A DNA stretch of 53,040 nt, filler included, from Diploschistes diacapsis (GCA_023645945.1; 3 parts of 3 records of this genome joined end to end with filler, not necessarily neighbours in it); one strand, 5' to 3'; positions 1-12,156 are shown, counted from the whole stretch's first letter. Numbers and translations: made by a program. The notes: generated from the letters alone by a model not told the origin.

Positions 1-868
1 TCTTCTTCTTCTCCTTCTCCCCCATCTCCTCTGCCCTCTTCTTCTCCGCCTCTTCCTTCTCTTCCTTCTCCGCCTTCTTCCGCGCCGCCTCCGCTTCCCT
101 CTTCTCCTTGATGATCTTCAACCGCGCCAGGTCTGCCCGGGCCTCGTCCGTCTTGCCCTCGGAGTGCATCTTCTGGTACCGTTCTTTCGCCTGCTGCGCC
201 TGGATCGCCTCCCTCTCCCTGCGTGACAGGTTTGCCGTGCTCTTAGAGCCGGCTGCTCCTCCGGCCTTGGCCGAGGCAGCGGCGGCGGCGTCGTCAACGG
301 GAACCGCGATGGTGGCGGCTTGGGAACGGGAAGCGGCTGTGTGATTGGGGTTGGCGGGCATGTCTTCGTCGTCATCTTCATCTTCATCGTCATCGGAAGA
401 TGAGGAGGGGAGATCGCCCGGTGCGGCGGACTTCTGGCCCTTTTTGGCGATGGCGGCGGCTTTTTTGGCTTTTGCGGCGGCACGGCGTTGCTCGCGCGTT
501 TGTTCGTCGCCTGTGCCTTGTTTGGAGGGACCGCCTTCTTCGGAGGAGTCTTCCTCGGAGTCGTCGGTGGACTCTTCGGAGTCTTCGGTAGGTTCAACTC
601 GGCCGCTGGCGTCCTGGAGGATGGAGTTAGTGCTGGATAATATTGGAGATGATGGTAAGGGATGTTGTGAGTAGTTGGGGGAACAGTCTAGTAGCTTACA
701 CCCCACATGCTGATCGGGTTGCCATCTTTATCTAGTGGTTGAAGGTTTCTGCTGAAGTTCTTGCCTCCTGTGACATGCTCAGTATTGACGTGAGAGGACG
801 GGAAAACACCAACCTCCTCTTCTTGGCTTGCTGTACTTCCCCGCTCGGCCTCTGTCTCCTGGTGGCAT
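1..868 (-). CDS. PP28 / PDGF-associated 28-kDa heat- and acid-stable phosphoprotein-like protein (spliced; 3' end runs off the window)
   Basis: Manual splicing from ATG at 868 gives [18 protein letters not shown] / [21 protein letters not shown] / an acidic S/D/E tract ... [57 protein letters not shown], the characteristic PP28 C-terminal motif. This frame is not in the ORF track. Confidence 0.85.
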
Positions 869-3274
869 ATTGATGAAGCGTGGATGGTGAAGAGTTGCGG
901 AGTGCGGGGTGAAAGTCGGGTGATGGTGCTTCGGTCGAAGCGAGGATAGAGTCTAGAACTGAAACGAGAACAGTCCGAGTAGACGGAGTCTGCACCCGGT
1001 CCTGGCCTTTACGTAGAGATTTCAAGTAAGGGAGGGTAAGGAGTTGAGATGATTGTCCGAGCTCAGCGGGCCGCGGATGTTATGGTGAAGAAGAGAACAG
1101 TCAAAGCCCCAAACACACACAACACATACGAGGGGTTCCTTGTGCCAAGCATTGTTTCCCGCTAGTCTGTTTTGAGGTTGACTCCGCAACAAGGGTAGCA
1201 GCCTTTGTTTCTACCACTTCAAGCTTCTTTCAAACAGCCATGATACTTGAGCCGACGGTTTAAGAGCACTGGAATCCGTCTCCAAGTCAAAGTAGGACTT
1301 CCATGCTTTGCATGGAAGTACCCGCATCGCGCTCCCTATGCTCCGTCCCCTCTAGCCGCAAAGCTACGGAACTCCATCAACTGAATATACCTATCATCAC
1401 AGTCGTGAAAAATGGGTGGTTATCAGGGACTCTCGTCAACACGTACTAAGAGGCACTATGCACGAAAGAAGACTCTGTTACATAATTCCGGCGCAGGATT
1501 TGGCGAAAGAGGCCATATTTACCATGATACATGGCTAGCAAGGAAGATGCTGAAACAGCAAAGAGCGCAAAAACAGCGAGGCTACGTGATAGATACAAGC
1601 ACGCTTAGTGTAGCTTCCCAAGGTTTGTAGAATCATGTATTGACATGACATGACTCACCTCCGCAATTTAACAAGGGAGGCAAAGCCAGCACTGATAATC
1701 TACTTGAAGTTCTCAAGGCTGGCATTCTCGGTCGAGCTAAGGTAATGGCGTCGCCGATGCACGATGCACGACAACATTAAAAAGAATCGAGATGGAGAGA
1801 TACAATAAGGTCCTACGGTCTGATGGCTGGACCAAGCTTTGCTGTATATCATTCTGCCTTATTGTTACTAGTTCGTGCTTAGGGCTGCCATATGGGAACC
1901 ACTTAAAAGATTATCTGTACATGGGGCCGTAAGCTATGTTTGAGGATATGATGAAAGAATTCGGACTTTGTAGTATACATATGCAATTCCAGAGTTCTCA
2001 TTAATAACATGGGCTTAAAATCATCCATCGAAATATTTGATTCAAGCTTATATCAATAATCAAAGTTCGTATCAGATATTTCTTTCATGAATCTAAACTC
2101 CGTTGAGTGGATATATGAGAGCGTTGCATATCATGATGATCAACATCCCCTTATATTCCAGCTCCAGTTGCCTTTGCGCTCTTATACCTCCAAAGCACTG
2201 CAGGGCAAACTCTGCCCAGGATCTTCATGCTTTGATACCATTAGATGCCTTTCAGTATCTCTTTCTCGCTTTTTGGGACCTGTCAGGTCCTTGTGCGCCC
2301 ACTATATCTGAGTTGAACTTGCCGGCCTTGAATTATATGCCTATCCTTTACTGCCAGGGCTCTGCGCATTGATCGCGTTCTTGAGTTACTTGACTCTGTT
2401 TTTATTCTTCTCCGATTCTTAGGACTTTCATAGATGCTACATGAGCTGTAGTGCTGAAAGCATGGTCGTCAAGCATCGCTGCCAACCCTGTCATCTTTAA
2501 AAGACGATTTCGTTATTGCAGCAGCGTCTTGATAACATAAGTGCGTCATTCTATCTGCAGGTCAATGTCTTTAAAATTCCTGTTAAAGTCATCCAAGTTT
2601 GACTTTCTGTTCAGCGCCGAGATTTGTGTCAACTTTGTCTTGGAGCTTTTGAAGATATCTATATGAGTCAATGCCGTTGTAACCCGATCTTCTTGTTCTC
2701 GGGGTGACTTTAAGGCCGCTCGTTGTGCCCTTTGCGGTGAATGTAGGCGAACTAGATGCCTGCGTAGAAGCCCCGGCCTTTCCTGGAATAAGACCCATAA
2801 CATCTGATGCCCATCGTGATTTGTTCAGGATGCGGTCGGATCCTTTGGGGGCAAGGTGGTTAGGTAGTTATCGGCCTGGTATTTACCCTTGACCTGCATC
2901 AGTGATCGGTGGAATGATCAGGCAAGTCAGTGAGTATCGAAGGGAATATGGTTTCCTGCTGGTCGTTCCGGAAATGGCTTGGTTTAGAATCATCAACTGG
3001 CCTATTAATGGCTGGAAGGAATTTTCAGCATGAGAAACAATCTTTCGTGCCTATTGTTGCAGAATGATCCATCTCGTACATGCGTATTAGCGCTTTGTTA
3101 TCCGAAAACACGGTAGAGTTTTCCCGCCCACTAGTTTGAATGCCATAGGCTTTGGTCGATTGAGTTGCTGCATTGGAGTTTCTGGACTTCGCAAGGAGCA
3201 TCGATATAGCCTCATCCTGGCTTTTAGCAATACGGTAGGTAATAAGATTCGCAATTTACCTTCCACTAACATGG

Positions 3275-4513
3275 TCAGAATGACTGTCTAAATTCTGCTT
3301 CAAGTACGATTCTTTTGAACGCATGTAATTCTTCTTCCGTCTTGTTTTCGTTTTCCCTAAGTGAGTCCAAGGAAGAGTCTCGGTCAAAATCCTTTGGCAT
3401 TTGTAACAATGTTCTTGGGGGTCCTATCGTAGGCTTCGCAGGCATTTTGGACAGAATCTGCTCCCTATGTACCTCCTGCCGGTACGTTACGTTGCACTCT
3501 TTACACTGCACTTCGCGATCCGTAGCATCGTCGTTGTCCGTGAGACAGAGGGGACAAGATCTCTGGAATACACGCTTGCGGGAGAAGACCATACCCATTG
3601 AGACCTTCTGACCTGCTGTGAGCGCACTCGTCCAGTTAAGGTTGAAGGCGATCAACGGACTTCGTGCCGTGTAGACGAAATTCTTTCTTGGCTACCTTGC
3701 TATCGCCTAGTGTCTGCTTGAAGTGATCAACTAGCACGAAAATGAAGGATTCTCAAGAAATGAATGAACTCGAGATGGATGGGGAACACACGGCCAAATG
3801 CATCATCCAAGGTAACAGGTTCTTGCGTCCAAGTTCTATCTAGCTTCTGCAGAATACTCTGTTTCTCCTTCATCATGCTAAGCTTTTCTCTTAGAGCCTT
3901 AAGTTTATCGAAATCCGGAGTCTCCCGGATCCTAGAAGCTAGCGAAATTGTTTCAAATACCCTTTCGAATGATCTATATTGCATACTATGCTGTCATTGA
4001 AGCTTTGCATCCATCTGCAGCAACAGATTTTGGTTACCTGGTGCAGTAATTGAGGCAAACCTGGACTTAATGTAATCCATGATGCACCTTGATGGTGCCT
4101 GTTTGCCTGAATATTATACGTAGCTAAGACCGTCCCAATCGACAGGATATGGGAGGTCTCCCCGTGAAAGCGAGTCACATCATCTTGGCGGCCTTGCTAC
4201 TGTAGCTTGCAAAGCTTATTCTTTACGGGGTTTTTGGAACCACCTTCCGCCAAGGAGTGGTAGTATTTCCCGATACCGTTGAGATAGGCATTGAGCCAAC
4301 TATAGCAGTTTGATAGACTCCCTTGAATATGGGGGCCTCCTTCAACCATCTCGGAGGCGCTCTGTAGTGCGGTGTTGAGAGAGCGTAGCTCTCGAAGTAG
4401 CTCCTAGTACTGAGCTGAAGAGCCTCCGGAATCTAAAGTGCAGATACGGTATCTGCAATGAGGCCACAGACAGAAATACTATCGCCAACACTTCCAAAAG
4501 TAGGCGAAGCCAT
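3275..4513 (-). pseudogene. Decayed gene: fungal NLR/STAND-type helical N-terminal domain (SesA/HeLo-like) + fungal ubiquitin-like domain + CxxC..CxxC ribbon
   Basis: Starts MASPTFGSVGDSISVCGLIADTVSAL, then a frameshift to DSGGSSAQY*ELLRELRSLNTAL ... KYYHSLAEGGSKNPVKNKLCKLQ*. Further downstream are QEPVTLDDAFGRVFPIHLEFI (3727..3984 ORF) and WTSALTAGQKVSMGMVF..CPLC..CKEC (3275..3655 ORF). Multiple stops and frameshifts. Confidence 0.65.
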
Positions 4514-4896
4514 TGTGTTCATGGGACCAGGCTATGACCTCCGATCGGGAATCTTCGTGATCAGGCCGGATCCAACGATATGGTCGAGAAATTGAAAATG
4601 ATGAAGTGCATCCCATGACAGGGAAAAGTCTCGCGTCCTTGGTCATACTACATATCCATCGATTTGCCTAAAAAGTGATTATAATTGATCGGAGGCATCT
4701 TTTGAGGTTTTTCATAGGTAATGTAGCTTTGGACATAGAATGATTTGGCCTGCTGCAGTACACGCTGAATAAGATCCTGTATTAAATTTGTATGCCCTTA
4801 AGGGTGCTTGCTCCACGTGATAAGGGTAGAGAGTTCTATTACCTTCGCTGGCAACTGATGCTACATGATATCACGTTTCTGTTTTACATTCTCTTC

Positions 4897-6361
4897 TCAG
4901 TTATGCAGTGGTGAAGTCTTACCAGTAGCCTTCCAGGCTCTCCCAATATACTCCTCGACATCTATGAGCAGCTCATTCGGCCTCTCCATTGCCTATACAG
5001 CTTCAGCAAAAGCTCATATAGATTAAGCGAGGTTTTACACACTGCGAAAATGACCACCACGCTCGTGCTGATTGTATGGCACAAGGTTGCAATCTTCCCC
5101 GCCCAACGCTTCGGAGCTGGGACGATCTCATAAGCAAAGAACGAGTAACCGGAAGGCTTCTCGACATATGGAAGTTGTAGCGGCGTCCGCTGTGTGACCT
5201 GAATGACGTTGAATTCCTCTTCGGCATCTCGGAAAGTCGACTGGGCCTCCGAGCCTACCACACTAGTCCTTGCAATCTTGGCTTCTCATCTGTGTTGCCC
5301 ATCTATAGTTGCAGAATTAATCATTGGTCTGCCACGAAAGAAGCAATGATCTGACTGACTCCGCGACTATGGTACATGCATCGTGGTATGGTATCCGTCA
5401 GCCAATACAGCGTTACGTCTTCGAGTATCTTCTCAAGCGGAGGGTCTTCGTCCGTCCATTCGAGAAATTCCTCTCCAATCCTAGTTCATGTTAGCAAACC
5501 AGCAGAAAGATACTTTCGCAACCAATATCCTACCAGCTAAGCAGTGCTAATGGACTAGCGCTTAGTGCAAGTCTTATCGTGGCCGTCCTTGTACCTTGCT
5601 CTAATGCAAACGGATATCCCGTATCTAGGAATTCGTTAGCATTTGCAATGCCTTCTCCTCTAGTTTGTCTTTTGGAAGTTCATCTGCGTTCGCTGGTGGT
5701 ATCATCATGTTCACGTGCATGCCTTTGCAAGCATCGTACTTCATCGCAAAAAACCTGCTCACAAAATTGCCGAGGTCGCCGCCCTGTGCCAGATATCCAG
5801 AAGCGAATCCCAAGCTGATCATTAGATCGTTCAGTGCTCCGGCAACCATGTCAACTCCGTAATCAATCTCGACCGGATGACCGGATGAATAGGCATAATC
5901 CGGGAGCGAGGGGACGATAACATGGTATGGTAAGTCCTTCGGCGAGTACCGTTTCTTCAGGATGTCCAGGAGGTCCAGGAACTCACAGATGGAGCCTGGA
6001 CAGCCATGAATGAAAGTGATTGGGATAGCATCAGCCTTCTCGGAGAACAGAGCCTGGAATTGGATTTCGGTCGTATTGCCCTCCGTATCATTTACGGAAA
6101 CTTGGAGTTTTGAGAGAGAGTTGATTCGATCTTCGTGTTTGCGCCAATCGAACTCATTCAGCCACACCTTTTCAGCATTCTCAGCCAAACCCTCTTCATC
6201 CCATACCTCCGGCCAGTATTAGTCTTCTCAAATACAGCAGGAGCAATTGGCGAGAGCTCCAATAACTTCTTGAAAAGTTGCAACTTCTCTTCGCCAACTT
6301 GGGCCTTGAACGGCTTGATATCGAGTATTACTGCGGCTGGGAGTTTTACGCAGTCGGCCAT
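4897..6361 (-). pseudogene. Fungal epoxide hydrolase (EHN + alpha/beta hydrolase), frameshifted
   Basis: IKPFKAQV..LLELSPI, then a frameshift to FDWRKHEDRIN, HGCPGS (canonical HGWPGS), VIVPSLPDYAYS, QGGDLG nucleophile motif, EQGTR..SPLALLSW / IGEEFLEWTD..TLYWLT, KPSGYSFF.EI.P.P.W, then another frameshift to HERGGHF / AMERP. At least three frame breaks not explained by introns. Confidence 0.85.
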
Positions 6362-6673
6362 GTCGCTCCTAAAAAGATTGCATAATATGTACATAAAACA
6401 TCCGTATAGCGATTGCTAAGGGGCTCGATCATTTTCGCTTTATTGAATATTTCTCAGGCTGTTTGACGGCGAAACGCTTGTTCTATATGGCACGGTTGCC
6501 ACCGTAATATACAACACGAGGTCAGGACAATAATTAGAACAGCAAGCATTTCTGGTTCTTTTCGGGGACTGTGTGCGCAAAATATGCCCAACCTCTATTC
6601 CCCTTCACACTGGCGGATGTTCCCGCTATCGGAGGAAGCGATGCTGGGCGGGATATGCTGACTGCCGACGTTG

Positions 6674-7360
6674 CTAAATTTGGTGATGTCGACTTCGACG
6701 CTGCCCTGCCCTTCGGGAGAGCAGCGGACGGCTGGTCCAAGCTGTCAACGGTGGGGGGTTGCCCAAGCTGCCAACGTCGCTGAAGAATGCGCTCTCGCCG
6801 TCGCCCTCGCTAAGATCGTCGTTTGAGCTGGAACTACGAGGGTCGCTGCTGGTGTAGCGAGCTTCATTGGTGTCAACGCTCTGTCCGACATGGACGTCAA
6901 ACCCGAACCTCACCTGTCTGATGATGCCCTCGGAGCCGCCGACGTAAACGCGCTACAGCTAGTGATTCTTGATCTTATCCAAGTCCTCTGCCGTCTTGTC
7001 GTCAAGACCGCTGCCGAGCCTGGCGCCCCTGCTGTGGACATCTGTGTAGATAATGTGGCCAAGAACAACGTTGTCCCAGATGACCCGAGGGACGGTCGCG
7101 GAAGTGACGCTGCCTTGAAGAGGCATCCATATGGAACGGTATTAGAGAAAACGGACGAGAGACATGACAAGCGCTAGTTATACTACAACAGAGCAACAGC
7201 AACATACGTTGTACTCTTGATGACCGAGGTAGAGCTAGGAGAGGCTGGAAATAGCGCGGCTGGCGATGTAACGAGCTGGTAGCGAGAACTGTGAGCGATC
7301 GGACTGCTGTCGTTAGATTGTTGTCTTATGGATACTTACGATGTACCTTTTCACTAGCAT
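6674..7360 (-). pseudogene. Possible relic of an unidentified spliced gene
   Basis: The frame ...VIWDNVVLGHIIYTDVH..DKIKNH*L*RVYVGGSEGIIRQVRFGFDVH.. has coding-like C-ending codons but two TAG stops (6959-6961, 6953-6955). Short GTAAGT..CTAAC..CAG and GTATGT..TAG intron-like segments lie upstream. Confidence 0.3.
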
Positions 7361-8094
7361 GGCCATCCGCCGTAGATCTGCGTAGCGATCTTACTCATGA
7401 TCGAGCATTCTGGAGATTCTTGTAATATCCTTCTTGCCCTAGTTAGAAGCGTAGCCTACCGTGCATTGCGAACAAATAGGAGTAACACTGAACAAAGAAA
7501 TAATTGTAGGTAAAGACGCAGCTGTCAACCTTAGTATCTAGCTCGAGCAAAGCCGTTTATGATACGTATTCACTTTCGAATTGAATCCGAGCTTGACTGG
7601 AATCGTAAAAGTTCTAGAGACCCTACTCATGAAAGCACAGTCCCTAACGAGTAGCATATAAAGAGGAGCAAGGAATTGAAGTCATGAGCCCTACATGTTT
7701 GTGGAGGTGCCGATCTTTCGAGAAAAATTTTTACTCAAGGAAGAGTGTTGGGCCGGCGTAAGTAAAGCGAGGAATGGGCAGGCGCCTATTTAGGATGATA
7801 GAAGAGGGCAAGGGAACTACAAACCTCGAGCGAGAGATCATATATACAGAAGTCATAACAGCAAGACGTTATACTAAGGGGACGCTGGGCCGTGGTAGCA
7901 AAGAAACAGATCTGGAGGTATGCTCTTATTGGAGAATACCGGCAATGAAAAGGAAACAGACTGGGCTATGACAATCAGGTGGACACGAACTCGAAGAACC
8001 CAGTAAAGCTTCAGAAATGCGTTGTTCAACACAAACGCTGTATTGATCGTAGATCAGGCCAAATTGACTGGATGCTGTCTCAAATCAACAACGA

Positions 8095-9160
8095 CTATCT
8101 TCGAAACAACCACCGCATGCCTTCCACAGTGTCTCGTCGCCATCTGCTCGTGGCGTGCAAGTGGGGGAATAAGACCCACCAGCAATGCGGCACACCTTTG
8201 TAGATGTCCGCTTTAACATCGACAGACGCCTCTCTGAGAACGTCCGCGTAAATCAAGGCCTCGTCTCGCGAGTATTCCCTCCCAGCGATTTGGAAATACA
8301 CAGGAGGCAGATTTGAATGACCGGATGGCCAAAGGAACGAGCTGAACAGCGGCGACAGAATATCTGGTTTCACGCTGTTCATAAATAAATTGAGCAATTG
8401 TGCATTCAATGAAAGATCCGAGTTACACTCTACCTGCGTGCGGGAGAGATAGCGATGCCGGAAGCGCCCCGGAACAGCAGCTGGCGGACAGTTGGAGCCA
8501 CATGCGATATACACGCCGGTCAGTGGTGGCGACAAATCGTAATCTCGAGCCAAGTGGCACAGGACGCTGCTCATGCTAGCACCTGTTGAAAATCCCCCAA
8601 CGACGAATCCGCTGTCTGGGGTAGCACCAATCTCCGGACCAGTAGCGTGTTTCGCGACATACTGGAGACCATCCCATGCGTCGTTTATGCCGAACGGGAA
8701 AGGGTATTCAGGCGCGAGGCGATACTGCGGCGCCACGACAACAACGGAAAAGGCAGATATTATAGCACGAGCAAGGGGTGTGCAGTGTATTGGTTGACCA
8801 ATAGTATAACCACCACCATGATAAAGGACTATGACCGGAAGGCGGGTGTTTGGGTAGGCTTCAGCAGGTCTGAAGATTTGAGCACGAAGATTGTAGCCAT
8901 CGCGTGCTGGGAAAGAAACCTGATACTGTGTTACTGCAGGATCATCGCCGAATTCCGCTCGAGATCCCATTTCGCGAGTAAACTCGATGAATTGATGCGT
9001 CTCCTCTGGCAGCTTGTGGAGCAATTGCATACCTTTGGATGCCTAACGATGGTTATGACTCTTTCTCATGGTCGGGGGAGCCAAAGGCGCCTACCTGTTC
9101 ATATTCAGGATCAATATCGGCTAGCTTGAGGATCTCTTCTGGTTCCCGGGGAATATCCAT
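8095..9160 (-). CDS. Alpha/beta hydrolase fold-3 (hormone-sensitive lipase-like esterase)
   Basis: HGGG oxyanion motif, YRLAPEYPFP, GFSTG nucleophile elbow, and C-terminal LPPVYFQIAG..RDE and GVPH. Exon 1 (MDIPREPEEILKLADIDPEYEQ) is joined by a GTAGGC..TAG intron to the 8095..9030 ORF. Confidence 0.88.
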
Positions 9161-9637
9161 GCTTATCAGTATGTTCAGGAGGGGTTGTGATGGTATCCTC
9201 GAAGCATTGAATATCCCGGAAGACCCTTTAAAGGGCTCATGCTCTAAGATTCAGGACGTTCAGTGGGCTGATGTTTTCGCTAACGAGCTGCTGCATCTAA
9301 CTATCTTTGTGCCTTTGGGTATCCAGTGCTCACAGAAAGTGGCAGATGGGATACCTCGGTCTTTAGTTCTCCCGGGTCGCTTACAAGTAGTAGCCTTGAC
9401 ATCATGATCCTGCGATTACACAGTTCGATATGAAGATCCAACTTCGAGTGATCCGAACTACTTCTTTGATCTTATCCCCAATTCTTCTTTTCGGTTATTC
9501 TTGCACTATAGCGGTGCAGGCTGAACACATGCGTACGCTCATTCTCTTACCCTCACCTTGATCAGGAAAAATGGGATGTTTATGATAAGACTGGTGGGGG
9601 ATGAAGCGGGACCGAGTGCGACGACAACTACTGCACC

Positions 9638-10645
9638 ATGCCGAAGCCGCCGAACACTCTCCTTGCTTCTAGCGGATGCCTTCATCACTTATGGTCTTCG
9701 TCTACTGTAAGCACATCAACGCCCTTGTCAACGAGGATTCGTCGAAGTCCGAAGCATAACGCTCGTTCCCTGCTCCCATACCACACAGACGCGACGTCCT
9801 CCCAACCGCCAGATGATCTCTCCTGGCCTAGATCACACCCTTCGACTGATGATCCCACTCCTTACGAGATCCTTAAGCAACATCCATCTGCACCCTATTC
9901 CAAGCGTCAATTCTACGAGCTCGTGAAAATATACCACCCAGATCGCTCAAGCAATTCCTGTAATTCGGTCCCATCCCTATCCTCGAGCTATATAGTCACG
10001 ACCAGCTCCCTCCCTTACTCTGTTCGCTTGCACCGATACCGTCTCATAATACAGGCACATACTATTCTGTCCGACCCTGTCAAGCGGGCCGCATACGATA
10101 GATACGGCGCCGGCTGGGCCGGACAGCCAGCAGTTGATGGATTGAGTCGCGCGAAAGGAGAACGTGGCTGGCGGACTGCAGATTCGCCCGCTAACTGTGC
10201 AACGTGGGAAGACTGGGAAGCATGGCATCAGTGGCGGTATGAGAAGGAGCATGCTGGGTCCAATGGTAAACATAGACGAGAGCCTGTCTATGTGTCCAAT
10301 GGAGGCTTTGTGGTGCTGATCGTCCTATTTACGGTAGCTGGTACGGCGCATGAAATCAGTCGTGCTGGTAGATTGAGTCAGAGCTTTGTGCAGCAACTGG
10401 AGCAGGTGCATGACGAAACCAGCAAAGGCCTAAACAAAAGCAGAACAGAAAGCCGCCTGTTCGATGATAAAGATAAGCGGGTTCAGCGGTTTTTGAAGGA
10501 GCGAAGAGCGGAGCCCGCGCTGGCGGCGGCGATTGCGGAGAAGGAAGGGCCAGCAGGCGACGGGCAAAGATTTCCAGGTCTGCTGCCAGAGACTGAAATC
10601 TGTCAAAGTGCAGATATGCAAAAAAGAAGACTCGGGAATTCGTGA
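9638..10645 (+). CDS. JID1: Mitochondrial J-domain (DnaJ) protein, Jid1-like
   Basis: PTPYEIL...FYELVKIYHPD...AHTILSDPVKRAAYDRYG J domain, ATWEDWE motif, one TM segment, and an S/R-rich presequence-like N-terminus. Confidence 0.8.
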   Translation: MPKPPNTLLASSGCLHHLWSSSTVSTSTPLSTRIRRSPKHNARSLLPYHTDATSSQPPDDLSWPRSHPSTDDPTPYEILKQHPSAPYSKRQFYELVKIYHPDRSSNSCNSVPSLSSSYIVTTSSLPYSVRLHRYRLIIQAHTILSDPVKRAAYDRYGAGWAGQPAVDGLSRAKGERGWRTADSPANCATWEDWEAWHQWRYEKEHAGSNGKHRREPVYVSNGGFVVLIVLFTVAGTAHEISRAGRLSQSFVQQLEQVHDETSKGLNKSRTESRLFDDKDKRVQRFLKERRAEPALAAAIAEKEGPAGDGQRFPGLLPETEICQSADMQKRRLGNS

Positions 10646-11485
10646 GCAAATCTGTCACTAGAAGGAACGGTTGCTCGCTTCTGCGGCGAGTGGCTGCCAA
10701 GGTTCCTCGCTCGAAGATCAATGGCCTTGATGAGGGATTATACAATATGTTTGGAGCTTGTTGCGTATGACTACAAAAACTGCTCGCTGCAGTTGTATGT
10801 CGGCAGTATGTAAGCTAACATCATAGTGCACACTAAAAGTATGACGATGTTTGACCTCGTTTAGAAAAGGATTGGGCACGGGCACAGGAGTTGAGCAGAT
10901 CGAAGCAAGATGGGCAGCCAGGTCGAGTCTTCTACACTCGCCGCCGCAACCTCGGAGGTGCGACCGTCCGTGAACTATGCACCGCCGCCGTTGCTTTAGG
11001 GGAAGGGGGAATGTCGCACAGCAGCAGGAAGCTGCTTCAAACGTACAAGCCGACGCAGCCTTGTATCGCTGCAGTGGTTGTCGCTCGGGGTACGGGGTAT
11101 GCAGTAGGAGCAGCGTGCATAATCCTTGATTGGAGTACTCGATTGTTGGAAAGCTATAGGAGGTGCATGTGTAGCAACAAATTCTGTGATAGGAACTGGC
11201 ATCGAACATGCATGAATTGATGAGGTGCTAATAATAAATGCGACTTGCGAATGCAAAAAGGCTGAAGCGCTAGCAGTGCAGTGGGCAGGTCATAACGGGT
11301 CGCAACCGATTCTGGAGATCATTTTTCATAGACGGCCGTTGCTCTGAATCCTTATGGAGTTTTCTCTGACGCAGGTGCTGAGATTCCTACGGAGCGCTAG
11401 GGTAGATTTAACAAGCACCCGAAACGGCTTCTCGGCATTTCTCGTATAGGGGGGCATGTTTTGGGACTTTCAGGGGTCCTCGGGA

Positions 11486-12156
11486 CCATGTTTGGACTGA
11501 TTAACCGATTAACGGCTCATTCAATCGATGGACCATTGGTCGCTTGCGTTAATCGATTTAAATTGAATATTAATCAGTTTATCCGTGATTACTCACGCTG
11601 AGGAATTTTATCTAATCAAGATCCCGTAAATAATGGAGTAACTTTTTAGGGTTTTTTTGGGAGAAATTTTATAAAATTGTGCATAAATATTGCTTAGTGA
11701 TCATAGGATGTATTTAACGTGTTCCACCACATAACGGATCACCCCACAAAGCGGTTCACTACATTATAATGTAATTGCGCTAGATAGTTTTAAGCGAGCT
11801 TTTGAGCCCCACAACCACACATGAAATTATTTGTACGAAACTAAATCTGTTTTCAACTACATAATACGAAGGTGCAGGGATTGTGAACCGCTTTGTGGGG
11901 TGATCCGTTGTGTGGTGAAACACGTTATTTGTCCTGGATGATGATCGCTAGCTATCTATGTATAGGCCATGGCGGACAGCATCGTCATAGATGCGATATC
12001 GGCAAGACCTACCCCCAGCACCAGCTATACGATTATATAAAATAACCGGTCCGATTAAATCGTCGGTTAATTGCATTATTAATTTAATATAGTATATAAT
12101 AATGATTAACGCCCACTAACCGTTCATTGACTATTATATTAATCGTCCAAACATGG
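11486..12156. mobile_element. Non-autonomous TIR element (outer), interrupted by a MITE
   Basis: Left end CCATGTTTGGACTGATTAA (11486); the right end reverse-complements to CCATGTTTGGACGATTAA (12156). AT-rich interior with repeated TTAACCGATTAA/TAATCG-like subterminal motifs at both ends. No clear TSD. Confidence 0.6.
11717..11925 (+). mobile_element. pogo/Fot1-like (Tc1/mariner) MITE, complete copy, 209 bp
   Basis: ~43-bp imperfect TIRs ACGTGTTCCACCACATAACGGATCACCCCACAAAGCGGTTCAC / GTGAACCGCTTTGTGGGGTGATCCGTTGTGTGGTGAAACACGT. TA on both sides (11715-16, 11926-27); ACGT termini; no ORF. Confidence 0.88.

Noticed and set aside
118..674. ORF-track proteins 118..597, 345..674 and 108..344
   Set aside because: Alternative-frame or antisense shadows of the spliced PP28-like gene.
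1297..1319. 10-bp perfect hairpin ACTTCCATGC-TTT-GCATGGAAGT
   Set aside because: Isolated, with no supporting context; plausible by chance.
10718..11256. Cys-rich short ORFs downstream of JID1
   Set aside because: No signal peptide, splice model or recognisable domain.
11370..11430. GGTGCTGAGAT resembling the start of a fungal TPP riboswitch
   Set aside because: The downstream GAACTTGATC..GATAAT..GCG core is absent and there is no thiamine gene context.
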